Origin: Myxococcota bacterium
GTDB lineage: Bacteria > Myxococcota_A > Polyangia > Nannocystales > Nannocystaceae
DNA length: 64,000 nucleotides
Reading direction: 5' to 3'
NCBI GenBank assembly: GCA_039028615.1
Contig: JBCCHT010000035.1
Span: forward strand, 72,016-136,015
Below are positions 1 through 10,900 of this stretch, piece after piece (position 1 is the first letter of the stretch; every line of letters starts with the position of its first letter). The notes beneath the pieces were generated by a model. That model was not told the DNA's origin and ran no database searches. It was given only the letters and a program-made list of their open reading frames with translations. A program made the position numbers and the translations under genes.

Positions 1-420
1 GGCGGCGGGTCTCGGGCCCAGATGGAAGCCCTCGGTACCTATCACGAGAGCCTCGGGCTCGCCTTCCAGATCATGGACGACGTGCTGAACCTCCGCGGCT
101 TCGAGCGCGACCTCAAGGACCGCGGCGAGGACATCACCGCGGGCAAGGTCACCGTGCCCATCGCCATGGCCATGGCCGAGCTGGAGGCCTCACAGCGCGC
201 TCGCGTTCACCGAGCGCTCGAGGCCCACACCAGCGACCCGGACGAGCTGTCGTGGGTCCTGCGCACGCTGGAGGACACGGGTGTGTTCGACCGAGCCGAG
301 GCCGAAGCGCGCCAGCTCGTCGAAGAGGGCTGGGCCGCGGTGGCCCCCCTGCTCAAACCCTCGGTTCACTCCGTGCACCTGCGGGCGTTCGGTTCCTTCG
401 TGCTCGACCGGCACTACTGA
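1..420 (+). CDS. Polyprenyl synthetase (trans-isoprenyl diphosphate synthase), 3' part; begins upstream of the window
   Basis: Frame is open from position 1. GLAFQIMDDVLNL (second Asp-rich motif) and GEDITAGKVTVP match the family. Stop TGA at 418-420. Confidence 0.88.
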   Translation, partial: GGGSRAQMEALGTYHESLGLAFQIMDDVLNLRGFERDLKDRGEDITAGKVTVPIAMAMAELEASQRARVHRALEAHTSDPDELSWVLRTLEDTGVFDRAEAEARQLVEEGWAAVAPLLKPSVHSVHLRAFGSFVLDRHY

Positions 421-1760
421 TGGCGCCGGCCAAGCAAAACAAGGGGTGGGGCCAGGTCAAGACGCTGGCCAAGCTCGCGGTGGGTGTCCCCGCCTTTGCG
501 ACCAGCATCGCGACCGAGGCTCGGCTGACGTCGCTGTTCAAGCTGCCCTTCCCCCGCGACGTCGACGAAATCCTCCATGCTCCCGAGCGATTCTTCAGCC
601 TCCTGCAGGAGGCGGGAGCCCTGCCGGCCCGGGCCGAGCTGCTCGGGATCCAGCAGGGGGAGGGACTGCACAACGAGCCGGACAAGCAGCGAACCTCGGG
701 AATCCTCGAGGTTCGTTGGTCCGATGGTCCGCTCGACGCAAGAGCACCGTCGACACCCGCGCGATCCCAGCGACTGTTCGTGAAATTTCAAAACGGCCGC
801 GGCCTGCCGCTGTGGCTGCAGGCGATGCGAGCCACCGTCGAGTGGGGCATCGCGCGCGAGGTCGACTTCTATCGTCGGCTGGCCCCCACCGCGCCCCTGC
901 GGGTGCCCAAGGCCATGTACGCGAACTACCTGCCGGCCTTCAACCGCGTGTGTCTCGTGCTCGAGCACACCGAGGGCTACAACCTCGCCGACTGGCGTGG
1001 CTGCCCGATCACGGCGGTACGAGCCATGCTGCGCGACGTCAGCCGGCTCAACGCCACCTACTTCGGCCGGGTCGACACGGACTCTCGCTCGTCGTGGATC
1101 CCCGCGCGATCGGGCCTCGACTACGCGTCGTTCGTCGGAGACTTCATGGCGGGTGAAGCCGACTGGTACCGCCAGATCTGGGCCGCGTTGGTCGACTACT
1201 TCGCCGACCACCCGCTCACGCTCGTGCACGGCGATTGCCGCCCGGGCAACATGCTCTTCGTCGACGATGGCGACATTCAGCGCGCCGTGGAATCGGGAGA
1301 CGACGATGATCGGCGCCGCTGGGACGACGACATCGACGACACCGAGGTCGTCTTCCTCGACTGGGAGGCGACCAATGCCGCGCCGCTGTGGTGGGATTTC
1401 ACCTACTGCACCACGGTCGGCATCACCGTCGAAGACCGCCGCGCCCTGCGCCCACGCCTTCTCGACGAGCACAGAAGAAATCTCATCAAAAATGGCGTGC
1501 CCGAATCCATGCTCGGTCCACAGCGTTGCCGCGTGGAAGTCGAGCTGCTCACCCTCGTGTTGGTGTTCGTCGCCAAGCTGGTGCGCACCAAGGGCTTCTG
1601 GGACCGCCAAGGCAATACGGCCGAGGACTTCGCCGCGTGGGACGAGAGAATCCGCGCCGTAATCGAAGACGCCGACATCCCCACGATCACGAACGCACTA
1701 GGGCTTCCCGCCGAGCCGCTGCACGAGCTCAAGCGCGCCGCCGCGGATTGGCAGTTCTAG
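420..1760 (+). CDS. APH/choline-kinase-fold phosphotransferase (EcKinase/DUF1679-like)
   Basis: ATG overlaps the previous stop (TGATG). Motifs LFVK, REVDFY, HGDCRPGNML (Brenner motif) and FLDWE. Confidence 0.8.
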   Translation: MAPAKQNKGWGQVKTLAKLAVGVPAFATSIATEARLTSLFKLPFPRDVDEILHAPERFFSLLQEAGALPARAELLGIQQGEGLHNEPDKQRTSGILEVRWSDGPLDARAPSTPARSQRLFVKFQNGRGLPLWLQAMRATVEWGIAREVDFYRRLAPTAPLRVPKAMYANYLPAFNRVCLVLEHTEGYNLADWRGCPITAVRAMLRDVSRLNATYFGRVDTDSRSSWIPARSGLDYASFVGDFMAGEADWYRQIWAALVDYFADHPLTLVHGDCRPGNMLFVDDGDIQRAVESGDDDDRRRWDDDIDDTEVVFLDWEATNAAPLWWDFTYCTTVGITVEDRRALRPRLLDEHRRNLIKNGVPESMLGPQRCRVEVELLTLVLVFVAKLVRTKGFWDRQGNTAEDFAAWDERIRAVIEDADIPTITNALGLPAEPLHELKRAAADWQF

Positions 1761-1787
1761 GTCGCCCTGCACTCGACGAGGTCAACG

Positions 1788-3110
1788 ATGGGCTCCGCTG
1801 CTGCTGCCATCCCTACCGTCACGCTGCCTCCGGTCACCGCTCGCTTTCCCGGGCCTCGCCTACCCGAGGCACTCTTTCGCTTCGCGCGTACGAACAACGC
1901 CGCCGAGTTCCTGCTCGAGATGCGGCGCAAGTACGGCGATGCTTTTGCGATCCGGGGCCCCGACCGGCTGTACGTCGTGCTGTCTCGCGAGGACCACTTC
2001 GACGAGATCCTGATCCGAGCCAAGGACCGATACACCAAGGACTACTCACTCGCTCCGCTGGAGCTTCTGTGTAATCCGAAGGTGCTCTATCCCAACGCGA
2101 CCGAGCGAGCGCGGCTTCAACGGATCTTCCGACGTCGCCTGACTCGTCGCTCCCTCAGCGGCAACGATGAGCGAATCCAACGGCTGGCCCGCCAGGCATG
2201 CGGCTCGATCCCGTCGCGTTTCCTGCGCGGGGACGGAGTGCAGCTGATGCGGGTCATGTTGGACCTGCATTTTCGTGCCTGGATCTCCGCACTGCTGGGC
2301 ACCGATCCCACTCGGGACCTCGGTGAGCTGCCGGACGAGTTGTTCTGGCTGGCGGAGTACCTGCCCCACGCGTGGTTCACCCGCCCCTTCCCCAGCCCGT
2401 GGCGAAACAAGAGCGACCGGCTGATACGGGCGGTCCGTGGATACCTCCATCACCTCGTCCGCACCCAAGCGCCGGATGCCGACGCGGCCATGGATTGTCA
2501 TGCGCTCCGCAAAGAACTCAGCGACGACGAGATCGTCGACCACGTCGCGATCTTGTTGATGACCTCGGCGGCCGTCCCCGCTCAACTCGCGACCGCGTTG
2601 CACTGCATCGTCCGCGACCCGCAGCGGGTCAACGCTCTGTGCGCAGTCGAATCCCCCGACGAAAAACAGACCCGTGAACACCAGCTCTCGCTACTTCTCA
2701 GCGAGAGCTTTCGCATGTATCCCGCGGCGTCGATCATCCTGCGAGACGCCACGGACGACCATGTCGTGGAAGGGTGCTCGATCCCCAAGGGCTCCGTGGT
2801 GCTGCTGCCCACGTACGTCCTCAACCGCGACCCGGGTCGTTGGTCCGAGCCCGACGTGTTTCGTCCCGAACGCTTCGACACCGACGAGGCGCTCCCCGAC
2901 TGTTTTCCCTTTGGGCGAGGGCCACGGTTTTGCATGGGCGCGAGCTACTCGCAGATCTTCATGCCCGCGGTGCTGGACCAGTTCACCCGCAACTTCTCCA
3001 TCGAGCTGCTGGAGCGAGACGAGCGGTACTCGCTGTCTCTCCCGCTGTCGTTTCGCTCGTCGAAGGTACGGCTGAGCCCGCGCCCCGCCATGGCGCTGTC
3101 GCGCGAGTAA
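1788..3110 (+). CDS. Cytochrome P450 with atypical I-helix
   Basis: ExxR (ESFR), PERF, heme motif FPFGRGPRFCMG. Confidence 0.92.
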   Translation: MGSAAAAIPTVTLPPVTARFPGPRLPEALFRFARTNNAAEFLLEMRRKYGDAFAIRGPDRLYVVLSREDHFDEILIRAKDRYTKDYSLAPLELLCNPKVLYPNATERARLQRIFRRRLTRRSLSGNDERIQRLARQACGSIPSRFLRGDGVQLMRVMLDLHFRAWISALLGTDPTRDLGELPDELFWLAEYLPHAWFTRPFPSPWRNKSDRLIRAVRGYLHHLVRTQAPDADAAMDCHALRKELSDDEIVDHVAILLMTSAAVPAQLATALHCIVRDPQRVNALCAVESPDEKQTREHQLSLLLSESFRMYPAASIILRDATDDHVVEGCSIPKGSVVLLPTYVLNRDPGRWSEPDVFRPERFDTDEALPDCFPFGRGPRFCMGASYSQIFMPAVLDQFTRNFSIELLERDERYSLSLPLSFRSSKVRLSPRPAMALSRE

Positions 3111-3120
3111 ACCAACGCTT

Positions 3121-3153
3121 CGGTCGCGAGTCGAATCGTTCGACTCGCGACCG
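3121..3153. terminator. Perfect 15-bp inverted repeat between convergent genes, likely a bidirectional terminator
   Basis: cggtcgcgagtcgaa-tcg-ttcgactcgcgaccg lies between the P450 stop (3110) and the FMO stop (3172). No U-tract. Confidence 0.7.
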
Positions 3154-3171
3154 TGGATGCTCAGCGCCCTG

Positions 3172-4719
3172 CTACAGCCGCACGCTTCGCTGCAGCCGGC
3201 TCATGACCGCGAAGGCACGGGGCCGTACCCGCTCCGTACCGTGCAGCCGTAACTCGATCGCCTTGCAGAGGCGATCGAACTGCTGCTCATCTGCGAACTG
3301 CGTGTAGCTCTGCCGGGCCAGTCGGGCGGGGAGACCCAAGTCGCGGAACAAGCTCACCAGTGTGTCGATGATGTGGCTGACCTCGAAGCTGTAGGGCATG
3401 CCACCGCTGTCGTTGCGACCGGTGGCGCACCAGGGCGTCGTCGTGCCCTCTTCGCGAGCGAGCGCCTGCTCCATCTGGGCGACCGTCGGCTGACGATGCA
3501 GTCGATGGGCGTGGAAGCGGGCGAGCCACTCGGCCGCGATCGAGAAGCCGAACGCCTGCTGGGGAAAGATGATCTCGGCGCTGAACAGCGAGACGGCCGG
3601 GATCACCGGATCGACCATCTGCCGGTGCAGCGAGGGCCGCAGGCGCGGGTCGTAGCCTTGCTCGCCGCCTTCGCGCACGATTCGAATCTCGGGCAGGTTG
3701 GCGGCACGACGGTACCCTGTTGCCAGGATCACGTAGTCGGCGGGCAGGCGCTCGCCCTCGTCGGTGATCAATGCGTCGGGCTCCAGCCCTTGCACGCCCG
3801 CCTTGGTCCGCGCCACGGCCCGCAGCAGCTCGGCCTGGTCTGCGCGAAGCACCGCCCCGCGGTGCAAGAACACGTCCGAGTCGGGCTCGAAGGGGTTGAC
3901 GATGAAGCCCTCCCGCACGAGCGGCCGACTGAGCCGGTGCATGAGTTCACTGTGGCCCATCGCCTTGCGAAGCTTGCCCAGCGCAAACGCATACGCGACC
4001 AACGCCGACTGACGCGGTCCCATACGTCCATACATGAACTCGTACGAGTAGGCCCATAGCGCCTTGCGGTAGACGCAGGCCATGCGTTGGTGGCCGCGAC
4101 GAGCCAGGCTGCACAAGATGTCCTGCGCCGACTTGCCCGCGCCCACGACCACCGCCCGGCGATCGTTGTCGAGGATGTCCTCGAGCATCGCGCGGTCGAA
4201 CTCACTCGAGTGCACGACGGTGCCGCGAAAGTCGGACTCGCCGGGGAGCTGCGGGCGATTGGGCGTACCGGCGTTGGAAAAACCCAGCGCGCACACCACG
4301 ATGTCGCAGCGCAGCGGCTCCCGCTCGCCGGTCTCGGTGTCGACCACCGTCAGCTCGCACGCGGGAGACTGGCCCGGACGATACGCGATCGACTCGACCC
4401 GGACGCCGAAGCGAATGTGCTCACGGAGCGCGTGGTCGCGGGTGAAGTCGTGAAAGTACTGCAGCACCTCGTCGCGACTCGCCTGCTCGTTGCGGGTCGC
4501 GATGGGCCGATAGTCCGCGTAGCGATAATTGTGAGCGCGTGAGTGCGTGGTCAGGTCTGGATAGTCGACCTTGCTCCACACGCCGCCGACATCGGCGGCC
4601 ATCTCGAGGCACTCGACTCGCCGGAAGCCAGCGCGTTGCATGGCCCGCAGCACGGCTAGGCCGCCTGCCCCCGCGCCGATCACGACCACGTGTTTGTCAA
4701 TCATCGTCTTTGTGCTCAT
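3172..4719 (-). CDS. Flavin-containing monooxygenase (FMO/BVMO class B)
   Basis: GAGAGG FAD motif, DVGGVW, FRGTVVHSSEF fingerprint, GAGKSA NADPH motif, ATGY. Confidence 0.9.
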   Translation of the reverse strand: MSTKTMIDKHVVVIGAGAGGLAVLRAMQRAGFRRVECLEMAADVGGVWSKVDYPDLTTHSRAHNYRYADYRPIATRNEQASRDEVLQYFHDFTRDHALREHIRFGVRVESIAYRPGQSPACELTVVDTETGEREPLRCDIVVCALGFSNAGTPNRPQLPGESDFRGTVVHSSEFDRAMLEDILDNDRRAVVVGAGKSAQDILCSLARRGHQRMACVYRKALWAYSYEFMYGRMGPRQSALVAYAFALGKLRKAMGHSELMHRLSRPLVREGFIVNPFEPDSDVFLHRGAVLRADQAELLRAVARTKAGVQGLEPDALITDEGERLPADYVILATGYRRAANLPEIRIVREGGEQGYDPRLRPSLHRQMVDPVIPAVSLFSAEIIFPQQAFGFSIAAEWLARFHAHRLHRQPTVAQMEQALAREEGTTTPWCATGRNDSGGMPYSFEVSHIIDTLVSLFRDLGLPARLARQSYTQFADEQQFDRLCKAIELRLHGTERVRPRAFAVMSRLQRSVRL

Positions 4720-4731
4720 TCGCTGCGGGAC

Positions 4732-5577
4732 TCAAGCCGCCATCTCAGGCCGGTGAGCATGCACCATGATCGCCGGCCCTGCATCGGCGGCAGGCTTGAC
4801 GACGAAGCCCTTGTCTTCGAGCAAGTCGACGATGAGCTGCCGATCCGGGAAGTGCCATTCCAGGGCGATCTTGCGAATCTTGGACCACACCGAGGTCGGT
4901 AGGCTTGCCAAGACCTCTCGCTCCGCGCCTTCGATGTCCATTTTGAGGAAATCGATGCGCTCTACGCCCGAGCTCTCGAGGACCCGCTCCAGGGTATTGA
5001 ACTTGCATCGTACGCGATCGCTCTTCTCGTAGAACGAGTACATCCTAGGGACGACGACGTGAAAGAGCGACGGGAAGGCCCGGAGGAGCTTGTGCAACAT
5101 GGGAAACGCGACCTCGAGATAGACCATCGCATCGTCATAGGACGTCGATGCCTGGCGCTGCGTCTCCTGGAGTTCTCTGCAGTCGTTCGAAAACGCCGAC
5201 ATATTGCGGTAATAGTTGAGATCTCGCTCCTCGACCTTGTCGGACAGACCGAAGTTGTGGATATGAACCACGCCTTCGAGGTTCTTGACCGCGATGTTCT
5301 TCTTCAGGATGGAGAAGGTCTGGGGCACCGGCTCGAAGGTGAACACCTTGCCATTGGGTCCGCAGCGCTCGGCCGCGTAGCAGCTGAATAGCCCGATGTT
5401 GCCGCCCGCATCGAAGACCGTGTCTCCTTCTTCGATGGCGACTTCGTCCAGGGTATAGGTCTCGTTGACGAAGACTTCCTCGGCGATGAGTTTGCAGGGC
5501 AGCCGATCGCGGCCGACGAAACATTCGCCCATGCCGGGAAGGTTGGCTTTGCGCATATAGTGTCGTTCTCGACTCAT
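4732..5577 (-). CDS. FkbM-family SAM methyltransferase
   Basis: VFDAGGNIGLFS, FEPVP, IDFLKMDIEGAE. The ATG at 5577 overlaps the upstream P450 stop (ATGA); the longer ORF in the track is an out-of-frame shadow of the P450. Confidence 0.9.
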   Translation of the reverse strand: MSRERHYMRKANLPGMGECFVGRDRLPCKLIAEEVFVNETYTLDEVAIEEGDTVFDAGGNIGLFSCYAAERCGPNGKVFTFEPVPQTFSILKKNIAVKNLEGVVHIHNFGLSDKVEERDLNYYRNMSAFSNDCRELQETQRQASTSYDDAMVYLEVAFPMLHKLLRAFPSLFHVVVPRMYSFYEKSDRVRCKFNTLERVLESSGVERIDFLKMDIEGAEREVLASLPTSVWSKIRKIALEWHFPDRQLIVDLLEDKGFVVKPAADAGPAIMVHAHRPEMAA

Positions 5578-6872
5578 GGTGAATTCCTCGGCTTCAGGCG
5601 CGCAATGGGGCCTTGCAGGCGATAGGGCAGGCTCTGGCAGACCCGGCCGTCCAGCTCGGGTTGCTCGAAGCGAAAGTGCCGAAGCACATGATCGAGCAGA
5701 GGCGCCATCACGGCTTCGGCAAAGCTCTTGCCGATGCAAAACCGCGGCCCCCGGCCATACGCGAAGATGTCTGGTCTCGCCGCTTCCGTTGCGAACCTCA
5801 GAGGGTCGAACCGCATCGGGTCGGGCCATATCGCGGGGTCTCGATTGACCAAGATCGTGGGGAGGACCACCACCGACCCCTGGGCAATGTGATACCCCGC
5901 GATCTCGCAGTCGAGGGTGGTATCGCGCAAGATCAGCGACGACACCGGATGTAGACGCAGAGTCTCTTGCAACGCCAATTGAAGGGCTTGGCGCCGCGCC
6001 TCTCCCGTCGATTGCTCGATACGCCGCAGTTCCTCTGGATTGGACAACAGCTCGTGCAAGCACGATTCGAGTAGCACGGGGACGTTGATCGACGAGTACA
6101 GCAGGATCAGCACATTTTCGCGGAGCTGCTCTTCGGTCAGCCGTTGGCGCAGCTCCCGACAATTCAATACCGCGTCCGTGTCGGCGGGCTGGGACTCGAT
6201 GAGATCGCGGACATGGGCTCGCAGCTCGGAGATCGCCGTACGAGCACGCGAACGCCACGGTGTCGGCACGATCCGGGTCGGCCAGACGCGTGGGAGCAGA
6301 CCCGTGAGTTCGAGGCTGCGTTGTCCCATGTGCCTCGGATCCGCCGCGATGTCGGCCCCGAGGTAGAAATTCAGCAGCACTCGATAGTGTAGATCCAAGA
6401 GTAGATCGATGACCGGACGGGGATGGCCGTCGACGAACCGCGCGGGAGTGGTGCTGCACGCCGCCTCGATGGCAGTCCCAAAGCCCCCGCCACGGGCCAC
6501 GATGGGGGCGCGGGACAGCAGTGGCCGAAAGATGCCGCCGAGTCGACGGCGTTCCGCTTCGTCTGGATAGAGCAGTTCCTTGGAACACATCAGCTCGAGC
6601 GGCTCGAGCGTGAAGCTCTTGGTGAAAAACCCCCGAGATCGGACGAGAACCTGCTCGAATTCTTCCGCGTGCCCGATCACGACGTAGGGTCGACCGGGGG
6701 CCGGAATCGAGAACACCGGACCATGACGGCGAGCCATGCTCGCGATCGCGTCGCAGACATTGCCGTGCCTGAACATCTGCATCAACGCCGTGGTCGTCGA
6801 CGGCCCTCGCGGCACCGGGGCAGTGCGAGTTCGGCTTTCGTACGCTCGAGAGGGCTGTGGTTCCACAGGCAT
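5574..6872 (-). CDS. Cytochrome P450 with atypical I-helix; paralog of 1788-3110
   Basis: ETLR, FDPLRF, heme motif FAYGRGPRFCIG. Shares distinctive blocks with the first P450 (L[EA]PLEL.C, LLDLH.R, GSVV.LPT...NRDP). Confidence 0.92.
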   Translation of the reverse strand: MPVEPQPSRAYESRTRTAPVPRGPSTTTALMQMFRHGNVCDAIASMARRHGPVFSIPAPGRPYVVIGHAEEFEQVLVRSRGFFTKSFTLEPLELMCSKELLYPDEAERRRLGGIFRPLLSRAPIVARGGGFGTAIEAACSTTPARFVDGHPRPVIDLLLDLHYRVLLNFYLGADIAADPRHMGQRSLELTGLLPRVWPTRIVPTPWRSRARTAISELRAHVRDLIESQPADTDAVLNCRELRQRLTEEQLRENVLILLYSSINVPVLLESCLHELLSNPEELRRIEQSTGEARRQALQLALQETLRLHPVSSLILRDTTLDCEIAGYHIAQGSVVVLPTILVNRDPAIWPDPMRFDPLRFATEAARPDIFAYGRGPRFCIGKSFAEAVMAPLLDHVLRHFRFEQPELDGRVCQSLPYRLQGPIARLKPRNSP

Positions 6873-7103
6873 GAAAATGGCCGTATTTCACCCGAATTTC
6901 GGGGGTTCGTCACACGTCTTCGCGACCCGGTATGCAGTCACTCCGAGTGCATGCCGGGGGCGAAAAAGCACTCCCTCGAGATCGAGACGGAGTCCCCCGC
7001 CAGTGGGAGTGCCCACCTCCCCTGATTCCTTTCACCCGGCTCTCAAATTTCGATGCGCTTCGAACCCGCGGACGGAACCGAATCAACCGCACGCCAGCGC
7101 TTC

Positions 7104-7698
7104 CTACGCGGAGCCGTTTCGAGAGACTGTATTGGGCTTCTCACATGCGAATCGGCGCATGTTCATGGACTCGAAGTTCGAGTTCCACGCACCCGACTCA
7201 GTCACTTCAGTGGCACCCGCAGCGTGCATCACGTCCACATGCCCGTGGTCGACCCAGCTTCGGTAGCGGGGAAGGCCCGAGGCGGCTGAGGGATCGGTCG
7301 TTGCACACGTCTCGGGCAGGCAGGTGACGCTCGAGCCCCGCACCTGCGCCAGAGTCCGGCCGTGTTCTCGACGATTTCTACATTGATGGAACTTGCCGTC
7401 GAGGTCGCCGAAACGATCGAAGAGGATCGCGACTTCGGGCCCAAGTGGCGTCCGTGGTGACGGCGTTGGCGGAGCCCACGGCGCTACTTCGGCCTCCCCG
7501 CGGTCCAGGGAATTGCTCGATTCTCGCAGACCTCGTCTGCGATAGTGGGCGGTTGGCTTACCGAGGCATCCCGGATCCGGTGCTCGAATCGCCAAAGTGC
7601 GCCTCGCCGGTCTCCGCGGAGCAACCCGATGAAAGGCACAGACTAACGAGAAGGACGGCGCTCACGCCCACATGCGACGGGGATGACGGAGACTCCAT
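7104..7698 (-). pseudogene. Possible decayed lipoprotein gene
   Basis: ATG at 7698 gives a lipoprotein-like leader (VLLVSLCLSSGC) that stops after 46 codons; another frame stays open from 7595 to 7104. No recognisable domain. Confidence 0.2.
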
Positions 7699-7961
7699 TT
7701 GAATGGTTCGACTGCAAACCGTCGCGGGATGTGACGCAGACGTGCCTCTTTTTCTCAACAGCAAAGATCGAGACCACAGCATTACCCTTGGTCGCCGTCC
7801 CCACGGCATCGGCCATCTGTCACAAACGGGCCAACAATTCCCGAGACATTCCCCCGTCCAGTTGCTCCCTCCAACCCCTTTCGAAGCAACTACGCCCGGA
7901 AACAAGACATCGCGATTGGTACCCTAGCGTCGACCAACTCACGACGGGAGAGATCAGGCAG

Positions 7962-10900
7962 GTGACTTGGCTCGGATGGGAGTCTTTGGGAGGGGCGTTG
8001 ACATCGGGCGCGGCGGTGAGTTTCCGAAAGCGAGGGGGCATCGACGTTTTCGCCCGAGGCAATGACTCCGCCGTATGGCACTGGCGTCGCGTGGAACGTG
8101 GCGCTGAATGGGTAAGCCTCGGCGGCGAGGTCCGAGGCAGCCCCGCGGCCGTATCTTGGGGCCGCAATCGCATCGATGTCTTCATTCGCGGAGCTGATGA
8201 TGCCCTGTGGCACAAATGGTGGAAAAACGGTTGGTACGGCTGGAAGAGCCTCGGCGGAACTCTGACCTCATCCCCCACGGTCGCTTCTTGGGGTAGAGGC
8301 CGGCTCGATGTTTTCGCCCGAGGTAGCAACGGTGGAGTCTGGCATCTCGCATACGACGGCAAGTGGTCCAAATGGAAAGACCTGGGGCACGAAATCAAGG
8401 GGGCTCCCTCAGCTGTATCTTGGGGTCGCAGCCGCATCGACATCGTAGTACGGGGCACGGACAACGCCCTGTGGCACAAGACTTGGAGGGACCGGTGGAC
8501 AGCTTGGGTCAGTCGAGGGGGGAGCATGACGGCTGCACCTGCGATCGCCTCTGGTGGCCCTCGGCGCCTCGATGTCTTCACCCGAGGCAGCGACGGCGAA
8601 CTCTGGCACCTGCGGCACGGAATGCGATGGGGGCACTGGGAGAAACTTCGCGGCCACTTCTGCGACCACCCCGGCGTCGTTTCGTGGGGGCCGAAGCACA
8701 TAGAGGTGTTGGTTCGGGGCTGGGATGGGGCCTTATGGCGCAAGGTATGGGCTAGCCGCCGAATCAACCGTCGGTTGCACGGACGACTTCCGTTCGCCGA
8801 ACTCGGTGTCGAGGTCTTGGAGTCCATGCACGAACGTATGAAGGATCTCCAGGGATCCGCGTGCACTCCCACGGGTACGCTGGTAGTCACGGGCGAGACC
8901 ACTTCGCTCGACTTGGGTGACCAGCGGCTCGTGCATCATCCCGACTCTGGAACTCACGATGTAGGTGGAGACATTCTCCAACGATGGGAAAGCCTGGGCG
9001 GGGTCTCTGGTTTTCTCGGACAACCGATCTCGAATGAGGGCACCGCGGCCGACCGTATTGGCCGGTTCAACCACTTCCGCGGAGGCAGCATCTACTGGCA
9101 CCCGCGGGCCGGCGCATTCGAGGTCCACGGCAAGCTCCACGCCAAGTGGGCATCTCTAGGTTCGGAACGGTCCTCGTTGGGCTACCCCACATCCAACGAA
9201 CGCCCCGCCCCCGCCGGAGGTCGAATCGGATGGTTCCAGAGCGGCGCCATCGTATGGCATTCGCAGCACGGCGCCCACGTCCTCGGTCCGGAGATCGTCG
9301 ACCGGTGGCTCTCGCTCGGCGGTGGCCAAGGACGCCTCGGACACGCGACGGGTGATGAACAGACCGACGAAGCGGGTAGCAAGACCGCGTTGTTCGAACG
9401 GGGGGTCATCTACTGGGACGAACGCAGCGGCGCATTGAGCCTCAGTTTGCCCATATTCAGCGGCTGGAAGGAAACCGGCGGGGTCGCCGGAGCACTCGGG
9501 GCACCGGTCGCCGACGAGAAAAATTTCAATGACGGCGGCCGCTTCGTTCGCTTCGCTCATGGCTATCTGTTCTGGCAACCCCGTACCGGCGTGTACTCGC
9601 TACGCGAGCCGATCGTGGGCAAGTGGGAACGTGGAGGAGGCCTCGACGGCTCGCTAGGCCACCCCATCGGAAAAACGACGACGCTGGCTCAGGGGGTGAC
9701 CTACGCCCGCTTCGTCGGCGGTGCGTTACTTTCTCACCCCTCGACCGGCACTTATTCCATGCCCAATGCGATGCTGAGGCGTTGGATCTCAGCGGGCGGC
9801 CCAGCCGGCACCTTGGGCGGTCCGGTTGACGACGCCCGTCCGGTGGCTCAGGGGAGCACCTCCGTGGCAATGCAGTTCACCCGCGCTACCTTGCGGCAAG
9901 GTGAGGGCCCCGAGGAGTTCAGCCTCCACCAGGATCCCGACAGCCGGTGCCCTATCGTAGCAGCCGAGACAACTCTAGATCGAGATCTCGACGGCGCGCT
10001 CGACAGCCCCATCGAGGACATCGACCAAGAGATGTGGATCCCGCTTCTCCACTGGCTCGAGCGTGCCCAGCAGCGAAAACGCTTCACCCGCGACTCGTTC
10101 ACGGTCGAGTTTTGGCACCGCCCGACGTCTTCGTCGACCATAGATCCGACCAGATTTCTTCCCGTCCGGCCGGGTTCGCTGCAAGCTCGCCTCCAAGGGC
10201 TGAACGGCTCCTTCGAACGCGAGATGACCGTCATCTGGCGACAGCCAAACGCACCTGGGCAACCACCGCACTTGAGCGCACGATTGGACTTCAGCGACGA
10301 CCCGGACCTGGCCGGCAAGGTAAAAGGCGCCATCCAGAGCGACGGCAGCATCGAGATGTCCTGGCAGCATCACCTTGCCCGAGCCCGCACTCCCGGCCCG
10401 GGCGTAGACCCACTGGCTCCGAAGCAGAGCTTCGCTGACTCTATCTACTCGCATCCCGACGATCCGATGTGGCAGGACGGGCCCTCGCGTTGGCGGGAGA
10501 TACGTACCGCTGAGCTGCCTCGCACGCTCTACTACCGACGGGTGGGTCGCGAGCCAATCTTCGAGCTCATCCCGACCTCGTTTCGTCTCGGCTTCGACGG
10601 TAGAGCGGGGATTCCCAGTGTACACCCCACATTGCTCGACCGAGGAGGAGACTCGACCAGCGACGAGCGTCATGTATTGGCACGCTTCGGGGGCTTGCCC
10701 TACATGCACGCGGAGGAACACACCGCGGCGCGCAAGTGGATCGAAGAGCACGAGTCGGTCCCCTTCGCTCACCTGATCTACTCCCCGATCATCGGCCGCT
10801 TCCAACAGCCCACGGGACTCCTCGGAGCGAAGGCCATCCAAATCGACGCCGTTCCCCTCAATGAGTACCTGTGGCTCGAGTGGGACTTCGCGATCGAGCT

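Noticed and set aside
4732..6891. 719-aa ORF as a long methyltransferase fusion
   Set aside because: The first ~440 aa are an Arg/Pro/Ala-rich shadow frame over the P450. The real start is the coupled ATG at 5577.
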